Of a stretch of DNA of 64,000 nucleotides, positions 35,416 through 48,264 are shown one piece after another. Source of the DNA: Octopus sinensis (Eukaryota); assembly GCF_006345805.1 (NCBI RefSeq), contig NC_042999.1:95232001-95296000 (forward strand), given 5' to 3'. A program made the translations under genes and the position numbers. Under the pieces are notes generated by a model, which searched no databases, was not told the origin of the DNA, and was given only the letters and a program-made list of their open reading frames with translations. The stretch's first letter is position 1. Every line of letters starts with the position of its first letter.

Positions 35416-35901
35416 ATGTATATGTATAAATGTTATATGTGTTATATGTATATGTATATGTATATATATATATATAATATATATATATAATATTGTAATA
35501 TATATATATATGTATATATGTATATATATATGTATATATATATATATGTATATATGTATATATATATATGTATATATATATATGTATATATATATGTATA
35601 TATGTATATATGTATATATATGTATATATATATAATGTATATATATATATTATATTATATGTATATATATATATATATATTTATAATATATTATGTATAT
35701 ATATATATGTATATATATATATGTATATATACATGTATATATATATGTATATGTTATATATGTATATATATATGTATATATATATATGTATATATAATAT
35801 ATATATATGTATATGTATGTATATAATATATATATATATATATATGTATATGTATGTATATATATATATATGTGTATGTATATATATATGTGTATGTATA
35901 T
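35372..35901. repeat. (TA)n/(TATG)n array
   Basis: Direct reading. Confidence 0.95.
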
Positions 35902-36184
35902 ATCCTCCCGAAGAACCTGAGAGACCTGCATGGGGTGGATACAGATGTCTTTAAAATGAAGCTGGATCTCTTCCTGTCAGGTGTCCCAGATGAACCAACT
36001 TCACGGCAGGAGGGGCAGATGAGGGCAGCTGCATCGAACTCTCTCATGCACCAAATAGCAGTTGCTAGAAAGCCTCCATGAAGTGAAACCAAGTAGCAAC
36101 ACCAAATGGCGGTGCCCCAGCATGGCCACAGCTCATAAGCTGAAACTAGAATCAATCAATCAAACTAGAAACTAGAATCAATCA
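35902..36184 (+). mobile_element. 5'-truncated CR1 (second subfamily): ORF2 C-terminus, 3' stem-loop and (AATC)n tail
   Basis: [32 protein letters not shown], homologous to 23775-23870. Tail GGCGGTGCCCCAGCATGGCCACAGCTCATAAGCTGAAACTAGAATCAATC. Confidence 0.9.
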
Positions 36185-36200
36185 TATGTATATGTGTATG

Positions 36201-36231
<31 letters not shown>

Positions 36232-36425
36232 ATATATATATATGTATATGTATATGTATGTATGTATATATATATGTATATGTATATGTATGTATATATA
36301 TATGTATATGTATATGTATGTATGTATATATATATGTATATGTATTATGTATATTATATATATATGTATATGTATGTATATAATTGTATATGTATATATG
36401 TATGTATATATATATATATGTATAC

Positions 36426-36477
<52 letters not shown>

Positions 36478-36555
36478 AACATATATATACATATATATAT
36501 ACATATACCTATATATATATAATATATATATACATATACATATATATATATCTAC

Positions 36556-36626
<71 letters not shown>

Positions 36627-36930
36627 ACATATATATATACATATTATATAGACATATACATATATATATATAATATATACATATATTTACATATACATAT
36701 ATATATATAGTATACATATATATATACATATACATATATATATACATATACATATACTATGTATGTATATATATATGTATATATATAGTATGTATATATG
36801 TATATGTATATTATGTGTATATATATATGTATATGTATATGTATATATATAATTATATTATATATATGTATATAGATATATATATTATATGTAATATATA
36901 TATATTATATATATATATGTATAATATATG

Positions 36931-36980
<50 letters not shown>

Positions 36981-36984
36981 ATCT

Positions 36985-37042
<58 letters not shown>

Positions 37043-37094
37043 ATTATGTATATGTATATATATATGTATATATATGTTTATGTATATATATATG

Positions 37095-37129
<35 letters not shown>

Positions 37130-37176
37130 GTATATGTATTGTATATGTATATATATAATATATATATATATATATG

Positions 37177-37210
<34 letters not shown>

Positions 37211-37234
37211 TATATATATGTATATCTATCTATC

Positions 37235-37265
<31 letters not shown>
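36185..37265. repeat. ~1.1 kb (TA)n/(TATG)n/(TACA)n array
   Basis: Direct reading. Confidence 0.95.
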
Positions 37266-38059
37266 CATCTGAAAAAATAGGTATATATATAATCATTCAT
37301 TGATCCCTATTTCCTTTACTGCAACTTGTTTTTATCTCATTTTCTCGTTAAACCTTGGCTGTTTTCTAACTTTTTCGGTTTTTCTTTGCTGAAAATCATA
37401 TATGTTTTACCAGGCACACACCCTACCTCACCTCTCTTCTGCCTTCATTTAAATTTTCATACCTTAAGGCTTATCACATCTCTTGCAGTGTACATTTTGG
37501 AATAACAAAACAAACAGCATGAAATGAAACACTTTATTTTATTTTGTCTGTTTTTCTTCCTTCCACACATTTGCATACTTACCATAAATCTGTAGCTTCT
37601 AACATTTATTAACCTCCTTCCAAAAGAGTGTTGTATATTATCATTATTATTCATGGTTTTAAATATATATTGAGAGTTACCTTTTTAGTTGCAAAAGGAA
37701 GGAATTAGATATATCTTGGAAAATAATGCATGAAAATGTTAGCACTTAGCAATTGCTGTGTGAGAATGCTGTGACAATATTTATGGTATTGTTATAACAT
37801 CCTTATGTTTGTCCTTCTGGATAATCTGTAAAGGTAGTATGCCGATATCTTTCTAGAAGTTGTGTCAATTAAAAATGGAATGATTGACATATTCATTAAT
37901 TTCCTTAATATTTCCAAATCAAGAATTCATCCATGTAATTCTTTAGCTTTCCAGCTTGCTTCAGTACATTATATTCATTTGGTCATTTATGTTGATTGAT
38001 ATGTGCTGTACCTGCACATTACTTTAGGACCATACTTAAAACCTCCTTCGCATAACCAC

Positions 38060-38350
38060 ATCACTAATGAAGACATGGAATTAGGGCTGGGCTAGGTAAC
38101 TTACAGGATACCATCACTGTGAGATGACAGAATATGTTGGGTCGCGTTCTGCACATGCCCATAGTCTTGACTAGTGAGATCTCTTCTCAAGTGGAAGCAA
38201 GATGGAGTTTAAAAGAAGTGAGGCTGACTTGTTAGGACCTTGTTGAGAACTGTGAGGGACCTGATGGATATAGGTCTAGCTTGAGAGCAGGCTCATAACA
38301 GAGCTTGTGATGGGAGATCATAACAGAGTTTGCAAGCTGTGTTTTGATGC
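38060..38350 (+). mobile_element. possible old RTE-like RT C-terminal relic
   Basis: R*QNMLGRVLHMP...LLKW...G..KRSEADL, weakly like R.RW.GH.LRM....L.W...G.R.RGRP..TW. Confidence 0.4.
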
Positions 38351-38869
38351 CCTGTCTCTCCTATGAAGCAGAAGAAACTAAGACTCAATCTGACAGAGTT
38401 ACATTTTAAATTGTATGTAAAAGCAAACTATGGCATGGTGCTTTTAGTTGATATTCTTTTTTCTCATCATTTCTGTAATGTTTATCTTATTTTTCTCTAC
38501 TGACAATTTATGTAGGTGGTTCCATTCTAAATATGCTGCTGTCATTTTTGCTATAGAAAATAACACCACTATCTATAATGTCTTTGCATCATCATTTTCT
38601 AAGAAAAGATAACCTTTATGTATATGGAGACCTCAGTTTACTGAAGAAACAGATCAGAAGATGATGACTTCTCACTTATTTGTGGAGAGATTTCTCTTAT
38701 TCATTTTGATTTTCTAAATTTCTGGCCTGTTTTAGTATACTTAGTACTACATTTTCCTTCCACTTATATATTATATGTACTATCAACCCTTTTGTATAAA
38801 ACAACCTTATATTGTATTTAGTCCAATACTCTAATGATTATGTCAATCTACTACTCTCATAACTGTTTC

Positions 38870-39075
38870 TAATTTAGACACAAAGTTAGCAGATTATTGG
38901 CAGGATTAGTCAATATGATCACACCCAATATTTAACTGATATTTAATTATCCTCCCAGGAGGATGAAAGGCAAAGTTGATTCCAGTGGGATTTGAAGTCA
39001 GAACATAGAAAGTCAAAGCAAAATATCACAAGGCATTTTGTCTGATGCTTTAGCAAATCTACAATCCACTGCCTT
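38870..39075 (-). mobile_element. degenerate tRNA-derived SINE type C
   Basis: GGATGAAAGGCAAAGTTGA...GGGATTTGAAGTCAGAA is the reverse complement of B-box plus core. Confidence 0.65.
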
Positions 39076-40574
39076 AATAATGATAGTTAATAATTTAGCG
39101 AAAGAGAGAGGTTGTAGGGAAATATCAAGAAAAGAAATTGAGAGGTATGAAAGTAATACAAAATTTGTGCAAGCTGTGCAAGGTAAAATGGGAAATGGTG
39201 TATAATAGTCCGTCTAAATGTAAAATATCTATTTATCATTATTATTTCTAAAGGTATAACAGTGAAAAGGTTGCATGATTGATTGTAAAAATTTAGAACA
39301 TTAAAAAATCAGTTGGGATAGAGCAAACCGATCTAGAGAATAATTAAATGGAATGGTATTGTGATTTTGAATTAATTCACGTTGAATTATCTCCGCTACT
39401 TCTAAAAGTTCAGGTTTAATTTTAGAAAATATTACTTAAAGCAAAAACAGATTATTGATATTGTCTGATCTGTTGAGAAGAAAGAAAATATATGTATAGG
39501 AAAATATTTAAGGAAACTAGGAAATTACCAAAGGTAAACTTTCAATACAAGACAGGATACATAAGGAATATACCTACTGTTGGTGGCTATTTAAGTGAAG
39601 GAATGATCTGGCTCTAAAGATTAGTGAGAAAATTAAAGGATAGAAAGTGGTTGAAGAAGTATGTATAGAAATACAGAAGTGGTTGTTGTGTGAAAATGAA
39701 ACAATATTGAGAAATGTTCAGTCATGAGAGAGAGAAAAGAATTTGAAAAATCTTCATTTATATAACTTTCTTCTAAGTTAATAGCATGAAACTAAACTCA
39801 TAAAAAAAAAATGTGATGTTGTTTGTTACACTAAAAATAAACTAAGATATTATTTTATTCTGAAACTATGTTAAATGATAAGTTTCACAATGTATTTATT
39901 GTTCTTCAACATCCACATGGTAATTCCATTCATAGTTATTTAGTTGTACTTTTTAGGGATATGATTGCAATAGTGAAGACGCACAGTTAGCCAGATAAGG
40001 ATATGTATAAAATTAACTATTTGGGTTAACAGTAGAGGTTTTGTTTATCTAATATGGTCTGACCATAGTAGATTCTATATTAAACTTTAAGGTTGTAACA
40101 TTTTCCAAAACTTGTATCTGACCTGACACTCTTAGTCCAATTTAGTCAACTGATTAATTTTTAATGAGTATTTGATTTCAAACTCTAAAAATTAGGTTAC
40201 TATTTCCAAGTAAAATATCACTACCATTGTCATTATTGCTGTCATCCTCATCATCATCATCAACTTCATCCTTGCAATCAACATCATCATCATCAAATCA
40301 TCATAATTAGTTCTCACATTTAAAAAAGGGCCACATATTTATGTTTAGAATGGTCAATTTAATTCTCTTCAGAAAATGACTGGTGCTTATTCATTAGCTT
40401 CAAAAGAAAGAAAGACAGGGTTAACCCAAGTAAGATTTGAATGCCACATACTAAACTGCATGAATATTTAACCAGGTATTTAACTGGGCATATCTACTGT
40501 TTCTACCACTTCATAAATAATAATAATAATAATATTAATAATAATAACAACGATGATGATAATGATAATGATGA

Positions 40575-40745
40575 TAATAATGGTTTCTGATCTTGGTACA
40601 GTGTCAAAAATTTTATTGCCATTGTCCTCATTACTTAAAAAAATAAATGCAAAATTGATCTTAGTAGGATTTGAACTCAGAATGTAAAGCATCAGTAGAG
40701 ATACTACTAAGTATTTTGTCCAATGTTCTGAGTTTGTCATTCTGC
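40575..40745 (-). mobile_element. degenerate tRNA-derived SINE type C
   Basis: GGATTTGAACTCAGAATGTAAAG and TAAGTATTTTGTCCAATG match the type-C head; the core is partly deleted. Confidence 0.55.
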
Positions 40746-41034
40746 TATTCTGTTATTCTTTTAAATAAAAATTGTTGCTTTCCTGTTCCTCATCACTTTC
40801 AGTACATTATATTTGCCTCTCCACCACCACAATGATAGGAGAAGAGAAATCAAAATGGTCTGAGTGATGATATCAGGTCAAATTCCACAAAAATCAGGCT
40901 ACTGGTGACTAAACTGACAACCCCACATAGCATGGTCTGTGTGAAGGATGTTTTTCTCTCTGTTAGGACACTTGCAGGATGAAAACCAAAACCTGTCAAA
41001 GGAACTCAGAGTCAATAGCCTTTCAAATAGTTAG

Positions 41035-41311
41035 TTAGCTAGTCAGAAAATCGCTATAGGTGATGAGAGCATTAACTATACTGAGAAGTAATGTTTATTG
41101 CCACTTAAACATGGCTGTTCTGTAGGAACCATTGTTACTACTATTTTTAACCTCGTTGCTGTGAGCTGGAGTGAACTACTGCTCTCTCTAGCGGGCGAGT
41201 ATCCACCACCATGTTTAAGTGTCATGAACAGCCATGTTTAAGTGGTAATAAACATTACATCTCTGTATAGTTACAGCTCTCATCTTCTATAGAGATTTTC
41301 TAACTAGCTAA
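41035..41311. mobile_element. fold-back/MITE-like element with 86 bp inverted arms
   Basis: 41035-41120 is the imperfect reverse complement of 41226-41311 (e.g. GTAATGTTTATTGCCACTTAAACATGGCTGTTC / GAACAGCCATGTTTAAGTGGTAATAAACATTAC); 105 bp spacer. Confidence 0.75.
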
Positions 41312-41385
41312 TTTGCTTGTTACAAGATAAGTGACTGTGTGTCACTTGGTTTTCTATATATTGTGAGCTGGAGTGAACTATTGCT

Positions 41386-42852
41386 ACCTCTAGCAGGCGA
41401 TGGAGGTGCAAGTCGATGTCGTCCAGTGTCATGGGTCACTGAACAGATGGTCCTGTTAAGTTGCTTGAAGTTTGGTTTGGCCCAGACTCTCAGCCGGAGA
41501 AGAATTGGAGTGAGGTGGCAGACAAGCTGGAGGCCCTAGTACGGAAGTGGTCCAGAAGGGCTCTGTCCTTGAAAGGAAGGGCAGAGGTGGTACAGGTGGT
41601 TATTGCATCTGTAATCACTTACCGCCTGACTGTTGCCCCTTGTTCCGATTCGTGGCTAAACAAGTTGGAACAACTCCTTTTCTGCTTTTTGTGGAAGGGA
41701 GTAAAGCCACTTGTAAGGTGTTCCATTTGCTGCCAGGAACCGTTAAAATGGTGGGCTAGGAATGCCTTGGCTAATGATGCACGGACATGCATTGAGGCTA
41801 AGACATCTCTGGCACCACATGGAAGGTGATAAGGTGTGGAGTCCACTGGCAGAGGAATTCTTTCCACGACTGGCTTTTTCTGGAGAGATTTAAACCCGGT
41901 TTCATAAAAAGATGTAATCTGATTTTATGGTAGAAGGAGTGCTGACAGGCGCTCATGCTGGTCCACAAGACGGGCAAGGCCGGCAGCAGGAATACCACCT
42001 CAGTGTTCTATAGAGTTCTGGTAGAGGCTAAAAATGATGATATCCTAGAAGGGGCTCTGGGGTTTGACGAGAACCAACTTGCCAACCTGTTTAAAAAGAC
42101 TTTCAGGCCAGGATACTTGAACAATTACCAAAAATCTCTGACCTGGCAGTGCAACAGGAATGCTTTACCTGTTCACGATAAGTTATCTAGGAACAGAATG
42201 TCATTGCCACCAACATGTCCAAGATGTGGACTGGAAAATGAAAGCATCCAGCATGCTTTTGTCCAATGTTAGGAGCTATCAAACTTGATAAGTTACGTAG
42301 AACATGTGTTGTCACATCTGGGATGAGTATAGCTGCTGGTTGGATCTATAATAAAGATGGTACCACCAACTGGACTCTCAAAGGAAGGTGAGGCTTGTTT
42401 TCACTGTAAGGTGGCAGTATTGAAAGAGTGTATATGGCAAACTAGAATGGAAGGTTTCATGACAGGGTCCTTCATCTCTGGTCCAGGTTTGATAACCTAC
42501 TTCAGGTACCATCTGAAGAGCAAGATGGGGCTGGAGAGGAAGACCTTGCCCCAGAGAGAGTATGAGAAATGTTGGAAGGATGTGATGAGAAAGGTGGGTG
42601 TCAGTAACCCAACTTAATAATCAATGAAAGGAAAAAAGATAGTTGCTGGGCCTTGCAGGTTGCCGAGTATGAAGTTTGATCTTGTTTCTTTTATTTTATT
42701 TAAAAACTAAAAAAAGGTTACCAGAAAGTCGAGTAAACTATATAAATTATATCTAAATTTTTAACGTTCATTCAAACTAATCTTAACATTTTTGTAATTG
42801 TTTCATCCTGTAATGTCCCATCTGTGTATTGATTGTATAATCATAATAAAGA
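41386..42852 (+). mobile_element. L1/Tx1-like LINE 3' fragment (RT C-terminus, CCHC knuckle, AATAAA end)
   Basis: GPVKLLEVWFGPD..NWSEV..KL....WSRRALSLKGRAEV, LFCFLWKG, LTWQCNRNALPV.DKL, TCPRCGLENESIQHAFVQC; ends ATAATAAAGAAT. Confidence 0.82.
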
Positions 42853-42856
42853 ATCC

Positions 42857-43175
42857 ACCTCTAGCAAGTGACGGAAGAACAAGTCGATATCATCCAGTGT
42901 CATGGGTCACTGAACAGATGGTCCTATTAAGTTGCTTGGAGTTTGGTTTGGCCCAGACTCGCAGACAGAGAAGAATTGGAGTGAGGCTCTAGTAACGACT
43001 TGGTCTGGAAGGGCTCTGTCCTTGAAAGGAAGAGCAGAGGTGGTACAGGTGTTTATTGCATCTGTAATCACCTACTGCCTAACCGTTGTCCCTTGCCCTG
43101 ACTTTTGGCTAAACAAGTTGGAGCGCCTCCTTTTCTGCTTTTTGTGGAAGGGAGGAAAGCCACTTGTGAGGTGCT
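42857..43175 (+). mobile_element. second, truncated L1/Tx1-like fragment, head-to-tail with the first
   Basis: Begins with the same ACCTCTAGCA.G.GA junction and is colinear with 41386-41725. Confidence 0.82.
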
Positions 43176-44190
43176 TCCAGTGGATCATATTAACTTCATT
43201 TCTTTCAAGTCTATGCATGTCCTCAGCATTCATTGCCCATGTTTCACTGCCATGTAGCATGGCAGTTCACACACTTCCCCTGGCATGTGATGGAATTTGT
43301 TTTCTGTACATCTTCAGTATTTATTGCCCCAGTGCATATGCCACACACAAAATCTATTTACTTGGTTAACCTTCTTTTGATATTGCTGCATCTTTTATGT
43401 GTCCATAGCTTACACCAGGTATATTGTATAGAGTTTCTACCCATGCCTTTTCTACAGATCAAGCAGTGCCATCTACCTGAAGTGGGTTGTGATTTGACAG
43501 CCTTCCTACTTACTAAGACTTTGGTTTTTGCTAGGTTAACCCTAAGGCGCTTTGATTCTAGACCTTGTTTCCACACTCTAAACTTCGTCTCCATTTCAGA
43601 CAGTGACTCCAATTCAGGCAGCCTGTCTTGAATTCCTCTATTATTGCCTAGAGGACTATAATAAATAAGAGGGGGCTGGGGACTGATCCTTGGTGAACCC
43701 CAACTTCTACTCGGAATTCTTCACTATACTTGTTGCTCACCCTCACCTTACTGACAGCATCCATGTACAGAGCTTGTACAGCTCTTACCAGCCACTCATC
43801 TATCCCCAATTTCTGCATTGACCACCAGATAAGGGATCAGAGGATCCTGTCAAAAGCTTTCTCCAAGTCAACAAAAGCCAAGTACAAAGGTCTATATTTG
43901 GCTAAGTTTTTCTCCTGCAGTTGCCTTACTAGAAATATAGCATCAGTGGTGCTTCTGCCTAGCACAAAACCAAACTGCATCTCATCTAGGCTAAATCTCT
44001 CCCTAATTAGTTGGGCTATGAAACCTTTCTGTAACTTTCATCACCTGATCCAATAATTTGATACCCCTGTAGTTATTTCTATCTAAAGCATCACCTTTCC
44101 CCTTGTAGCAGTTGACTATGTGCTGCTACACCAGTCATTGGGTATGACTCCTTCATGAACTACTGATTTATGATACAGGTGACAAGATAA
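43176..44190 (-). mobile_element. RTE LINE internal RT fragment
   Basis: Minus strand: [77 protein letters not shown]. No 3' tail. Confidence 0.88.
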
Positions 44191-44597
44191 TGACCTACAT
44201 CATCATCACCATAAACTTCACAAATGTTTTTGCAGCATTTTCTCCTTGTTAAAAAAGAAAAGCATTATAAAACCAATATGAAATTTTTGGTTATCCATTT
44301 CAAATGTTAATAAAGGGTAACCAGAATGAAAGATAAATCTATTTTAGTTAGGAACAAAGAAGAGAGCTTCTACCACACCAAGCAATGCCAAAGTTTTAAT
44401 TGTCTTACATTTTAGGTGTGTTCAATGAAGCATTAAATGATTTAGCTTAAAAACTCTCAGAACTTTCCAGACAACCTAATAATTGTACCACCCAACAGAA
44501 TCTGTAAAGTCAATTTTGAGTCAAGTTTTGTGGAATCAAGGACCATTTAAGTAAAGAGTTGTTGAGTGAGGTGTATCTAGGTATATGTTATGATATA

Positions 44598-44830
44598 TGG
44601 CTTAGTAGTTAGGGTATTGCACTCATGATCATAAGATTGTGGTTTTAATTCTTGGACTGAGTGATGTGTTGTGTTCTTGAGCAAAACACTTCATTTCATG
44701 TTGCTTCAGCTCACGCAGCCAGCAAAAGTGAGTAATCCTGCAATGGACCAGTGTCCCGGGCAAGAAGGGGATATAAATGTGTCAGAATCTGGAAAAAAAA
44801 ACCGATCTTATGAGCCAATGGCTCAGGAAG
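44598..44830 (+). mobile_element. degenerate tRNA-derived SINE (V-domain-like)
   Basis: Head ATGGCTTAGTAGTTAGGGTATTG...GTGGTTTTAATTCTTGG, then TTCTTGAGCAAAACACTT and CCTGCAATGGACCAGTGTCCC. Family assignment is from recall. Confidence 0.5.
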
Positions 44831-44999
44831 GGCATTTGATTTCCTTTTTAATGTATATGTTAAGAAGTGGGCAGCTTAGTTGATCAAGTAATTGAATGCA
44901 CTTCATCAAAACTATTAAAGAAACCATCATCATCATCATCATTATCACTGGTTGTGTTACTGTGATTATCTTTCACACTAACATTTACACCAAAGCCAT

Positions 45000-45460
45000 T
45001 AGTTCTTAATTGACTGAATTGTTGTAATGTTTCTCTCCCATCGATCTTTATTTCTTAACCACCAGTTCTATATTGTGTTGCTACAGTTGTTTCCCTCCCA
45101 CTGATATGTATTTCTTAACCACCACATCTAAACTAGTTGTATTACTGCAACTGTGTTTCTCTACTTATCAGCCACTAGCTCTAATCTAATTGTGTTGCTA
45201 CAGTTGTGTTTCTTTCTCGAATTTTTTTCACCCCTCTTCCACCTGTTATTATCTGACTGTGTTGTTACAATTGTGTTCTTACTGATATTAACTCCTTTAC
45301 TACTAGTTCTATATTGACTGTGCTGCATAACTCCAGTTGTGTTTCTCTCTCATTTTCATTTCCTTACCACTAGTTTTATACAGATTGTGTTGTTACATTT
45401 TTTCTTCTCTCTCCCTCTCATATTCCTTAACTACCAGTTCTATACTGGCTCTGTTTCAGC
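45000..45460. repeat. degenerate ~60 bp minisatellite, about 8 units
   Basis: Recurring CCAC(C/T)AGTTCTATA..(GA)TTGTGTTG(C/T)TACA(G/A)TTGT(G)TTTC. Confidence 0.7.
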
Positions 45461-45899
45461 TTTTCTATTCTTCCCTTCTTGCTGACTCGCTCAACAAGCA
45501 ACTTATTTCCTGCACCATAAGTGGTCTTTTTATATATATATATTCTTTTAGCTTCTTTCAGTTGTTTGTCACTTTGTTTTCTTCTAAGCTACAGAAGATT
45601 TATTGATTTAAATTATTATTATTATTGTCATTGTTATTACTATTACTATTATTACTGATATTATTACTATACAATTGTAATTCTTTTAATGATATTGTAA
45701 AATAAAATTTGATATGAAAAATAAATTAGAACTTCTTTTTTTGTAAGTTATCATCAGTGGCATCATCATCATCACTTTTATCATTTCTGTTATTATTCAT
45801 TCATTTAACTTCTGATTTATCTATGCCACATCTCTGCTCCATTCCTCAACTTAAAGTTGCAACACTTTTCTCAAAATGGCAGCCGTTCCAAGTACTGCT

Positions 45900-47950
45900 G
45901 CTATCTGAATACTTTATAAAGAAGTTCAGTATTTGCAGCTTTTGATGCCAGAATATTGCTCTGTTTGAGATGGTCCCAAATGATTATTAACTTCATCCAA
46001 TCTTTGTTGGAAAAACTCACTATGTAGGACTTTCTCTTTCCACTTGATGATCTTTTCTCTATTAATCCTCAGATTGTGCACCATTGTCCCCTCAGTGCAG
46101 CCTCAATGTCCCCTCAGTGTAACCAGCTTCCATCTTTCTCAGAACTATAGAGAGTGGTGACATATTAACAATATATAAAAGTGAGGTTGTGTGCTGTCTG
46201 TCTCCTACGATTTAGATTCCTAACTACTCCCACATTTTGCAGTGCAGTTTAACCAAAACCGGGTATCTTATAGTCGTAATTCATATCGAGCCCTTCTGGG
46301 TATTAGCACACGTCTACAATGAGTCTACGATTTAAAAAAAAATTTACCATAAATTTTTCCCATTTTTAATGCATTTTTGGCATATATAAGGGAAGTAAAT
46401 CTCTAAAAATTTATTATTAAATCTCAGAACGTAAAAAGCTACAGTAACACCCCCCCCTTTGTGGTTAGCCATATTGAGATGGCTATTATACTTTACATCT
46501 CTAAAAATGCTTATATAGTTATTTTCCTTACAAACCCGAGCAACGCTGGGCGATACTGCTAGTTAACAATAAACAGAAAAGTTAACATGGAGTGTCCTTG
46601 AAAGATGCCCTTCTTGATGTCAACTTGTCCAGTTTCTCTTTCACCTGCAGTAAGAACTTCCAGTTTTCCAAACTGTTTTTGAATAAATACATCATATTTT
46701 TAGCTGCCCCAACCATCTTCAGGCATATCAGAATCCATAAATGAGGAACTATATCATATATCTTCTTATAGTCAATCCAAGCCATTGATATATTTGTCAA
46801 CCTTCTTCAGCACTTCCTAAGAATTGACTTATCAATCAGCAGCAGATCCTTTGTTCCTCATGATCCCTTCCTGTTAATCCATTAGCAGTTCATTTCTTTC
46901 AAGATGGTTGTACAATTTCTTTCCTATTATCCAGCTTCCACATCGTAGATAAATAAGTAGTTGCATCTTTGGGATCAGGTAACTCTGCTTCTTCCTTATT
47001 TCCTCCATCCAGAGTCTCATAGAACAGCTTTTGATTTCTTCTAAACATTTGATTTTGTTTAAACAGTAGGCATCTTTCCTCATGTCCTTTGATCTTAACT
47101 CCACTTGCTTTGCTCTTTTGTTTTAACATATATGATATAAATAGAGTTCCCTTTTCCACCATGTTCTATTTCTAATTCATGTAATTCTGTTTTATTTTTT
47201 CATTCAGCCTCATATTTCCTCTCCTTCTTCAATCCTTCTGCTATGTATTTATGCTTTCTTTTATTCTCCTTTTCCAGGGTGGTTCTTTGTTTCTTTGTAC
47301 TTTCATTTTCTTAAGCATTCCTATCGTTTCTGTGATGACATAAAGCAGTGGCATACATCATGGAATTTAAATGAGTGACATCCTTAATTGAAATTTTCAT
47401 GACAGCTTCATTCATTTTCCTGAGTTCTGATCTTAACTTTACTCTATCACATAACTTCAAATATAGTAACCTTTTCTTTTGGTCAAGGAATTCTGTCGTG
47501 GAGAATAGCTAGTTCTTGGCTAAATTCTTCCAGTCTCACTGCCATTTTTAATCTTCTATCTTCTCTGACTACATTTTGGTCTTAATTTGCCTAATCTGAT
47601 CAGCCAATCTTTGTTTAATCATATCCTTCAGCTCTTAATATGGGTAATATTTTTCCCAGAGCTCTAATACCTTTTCCCTATAACTTCTTTTATCTAGCTA
47701 ACTCCTAATATAACATTCAAACAATAATTTTTGTTCTCTTTTCCATTTTAATTTCCTTCACTGTTGTGGTTCAGCCAGTGGTTCATTGTCAAGGTACAAC
47801 CAGGATTGTGTTGCTGAGCACAATACCTTCACTAAAAGCTCCAGCCTCATTGATGCCATTAAGATTACTTTTCATTTTTGACATTTCTCTCATAATTGAG
47901 GTGTTTTAAGGTTACCATGAACCAGTAATTATATCATGTTACTATCATTA
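45900..47950 (-). mobile_element. R4/Dong-like LINE relic (N-terminal region and RT), interrupted by a Helitron-like insert
   Basis: FKQNQMFRRNQKLFYE, AWIDYKKIYDIVPHLWI..CLKMVG, GIFQGHSMLTFLFIVNMSPLSIVLRKMEAGY (reconstructed across the insert), KWKEKVLHSEF. Confidence 0.78.
46165..46562 (+). mobile_element. non-autonomous Helitron-like element (~400 bp)
   Basis: 3' hairpin CCCGAGC-AAC-GCTGGG (46535-46550) 8 nt before terminal CTAG (46559-46562), followed by T. 5' region TATATAAAAGTGAGGTTGTGTG..TGTCTGTC; inserted at an A|T site. Confidence 0.75.
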
Positions 47951-48264
47951 GCCAGGGTGTCAGTTAAGACACCTGAGAGGCCTGTCTGCCTTCCTTGAAG
48001 CTGGTTATCCTGTTCTGGTTACCACCACCAGTATTTATTCTTGCAACATTTAAAGACTCATAGTTGGATGCCCTTTAATAGGTTTTGCTTTTCATCCTAT
48101 AAGTTATTCGACGAAAACCACCTTCCTTGCCAGAAAAGCACTTGGAAGGGTTGCCAGTTTAGTTGTTGATGACCCAAACATGAATCAGGTTGTACTGGAT
48201 TACATATTACCAATAGCACTAAAAGTGATCTGACATATTACAGTTAGTATTACAATTACCAATC

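Noticed and set aside
42932-43369. 145 aa ORF as a novel protein
   Set aside because: Read-through from a Tx1 fragment into antisense RTE sequence across a rearrangement junction.
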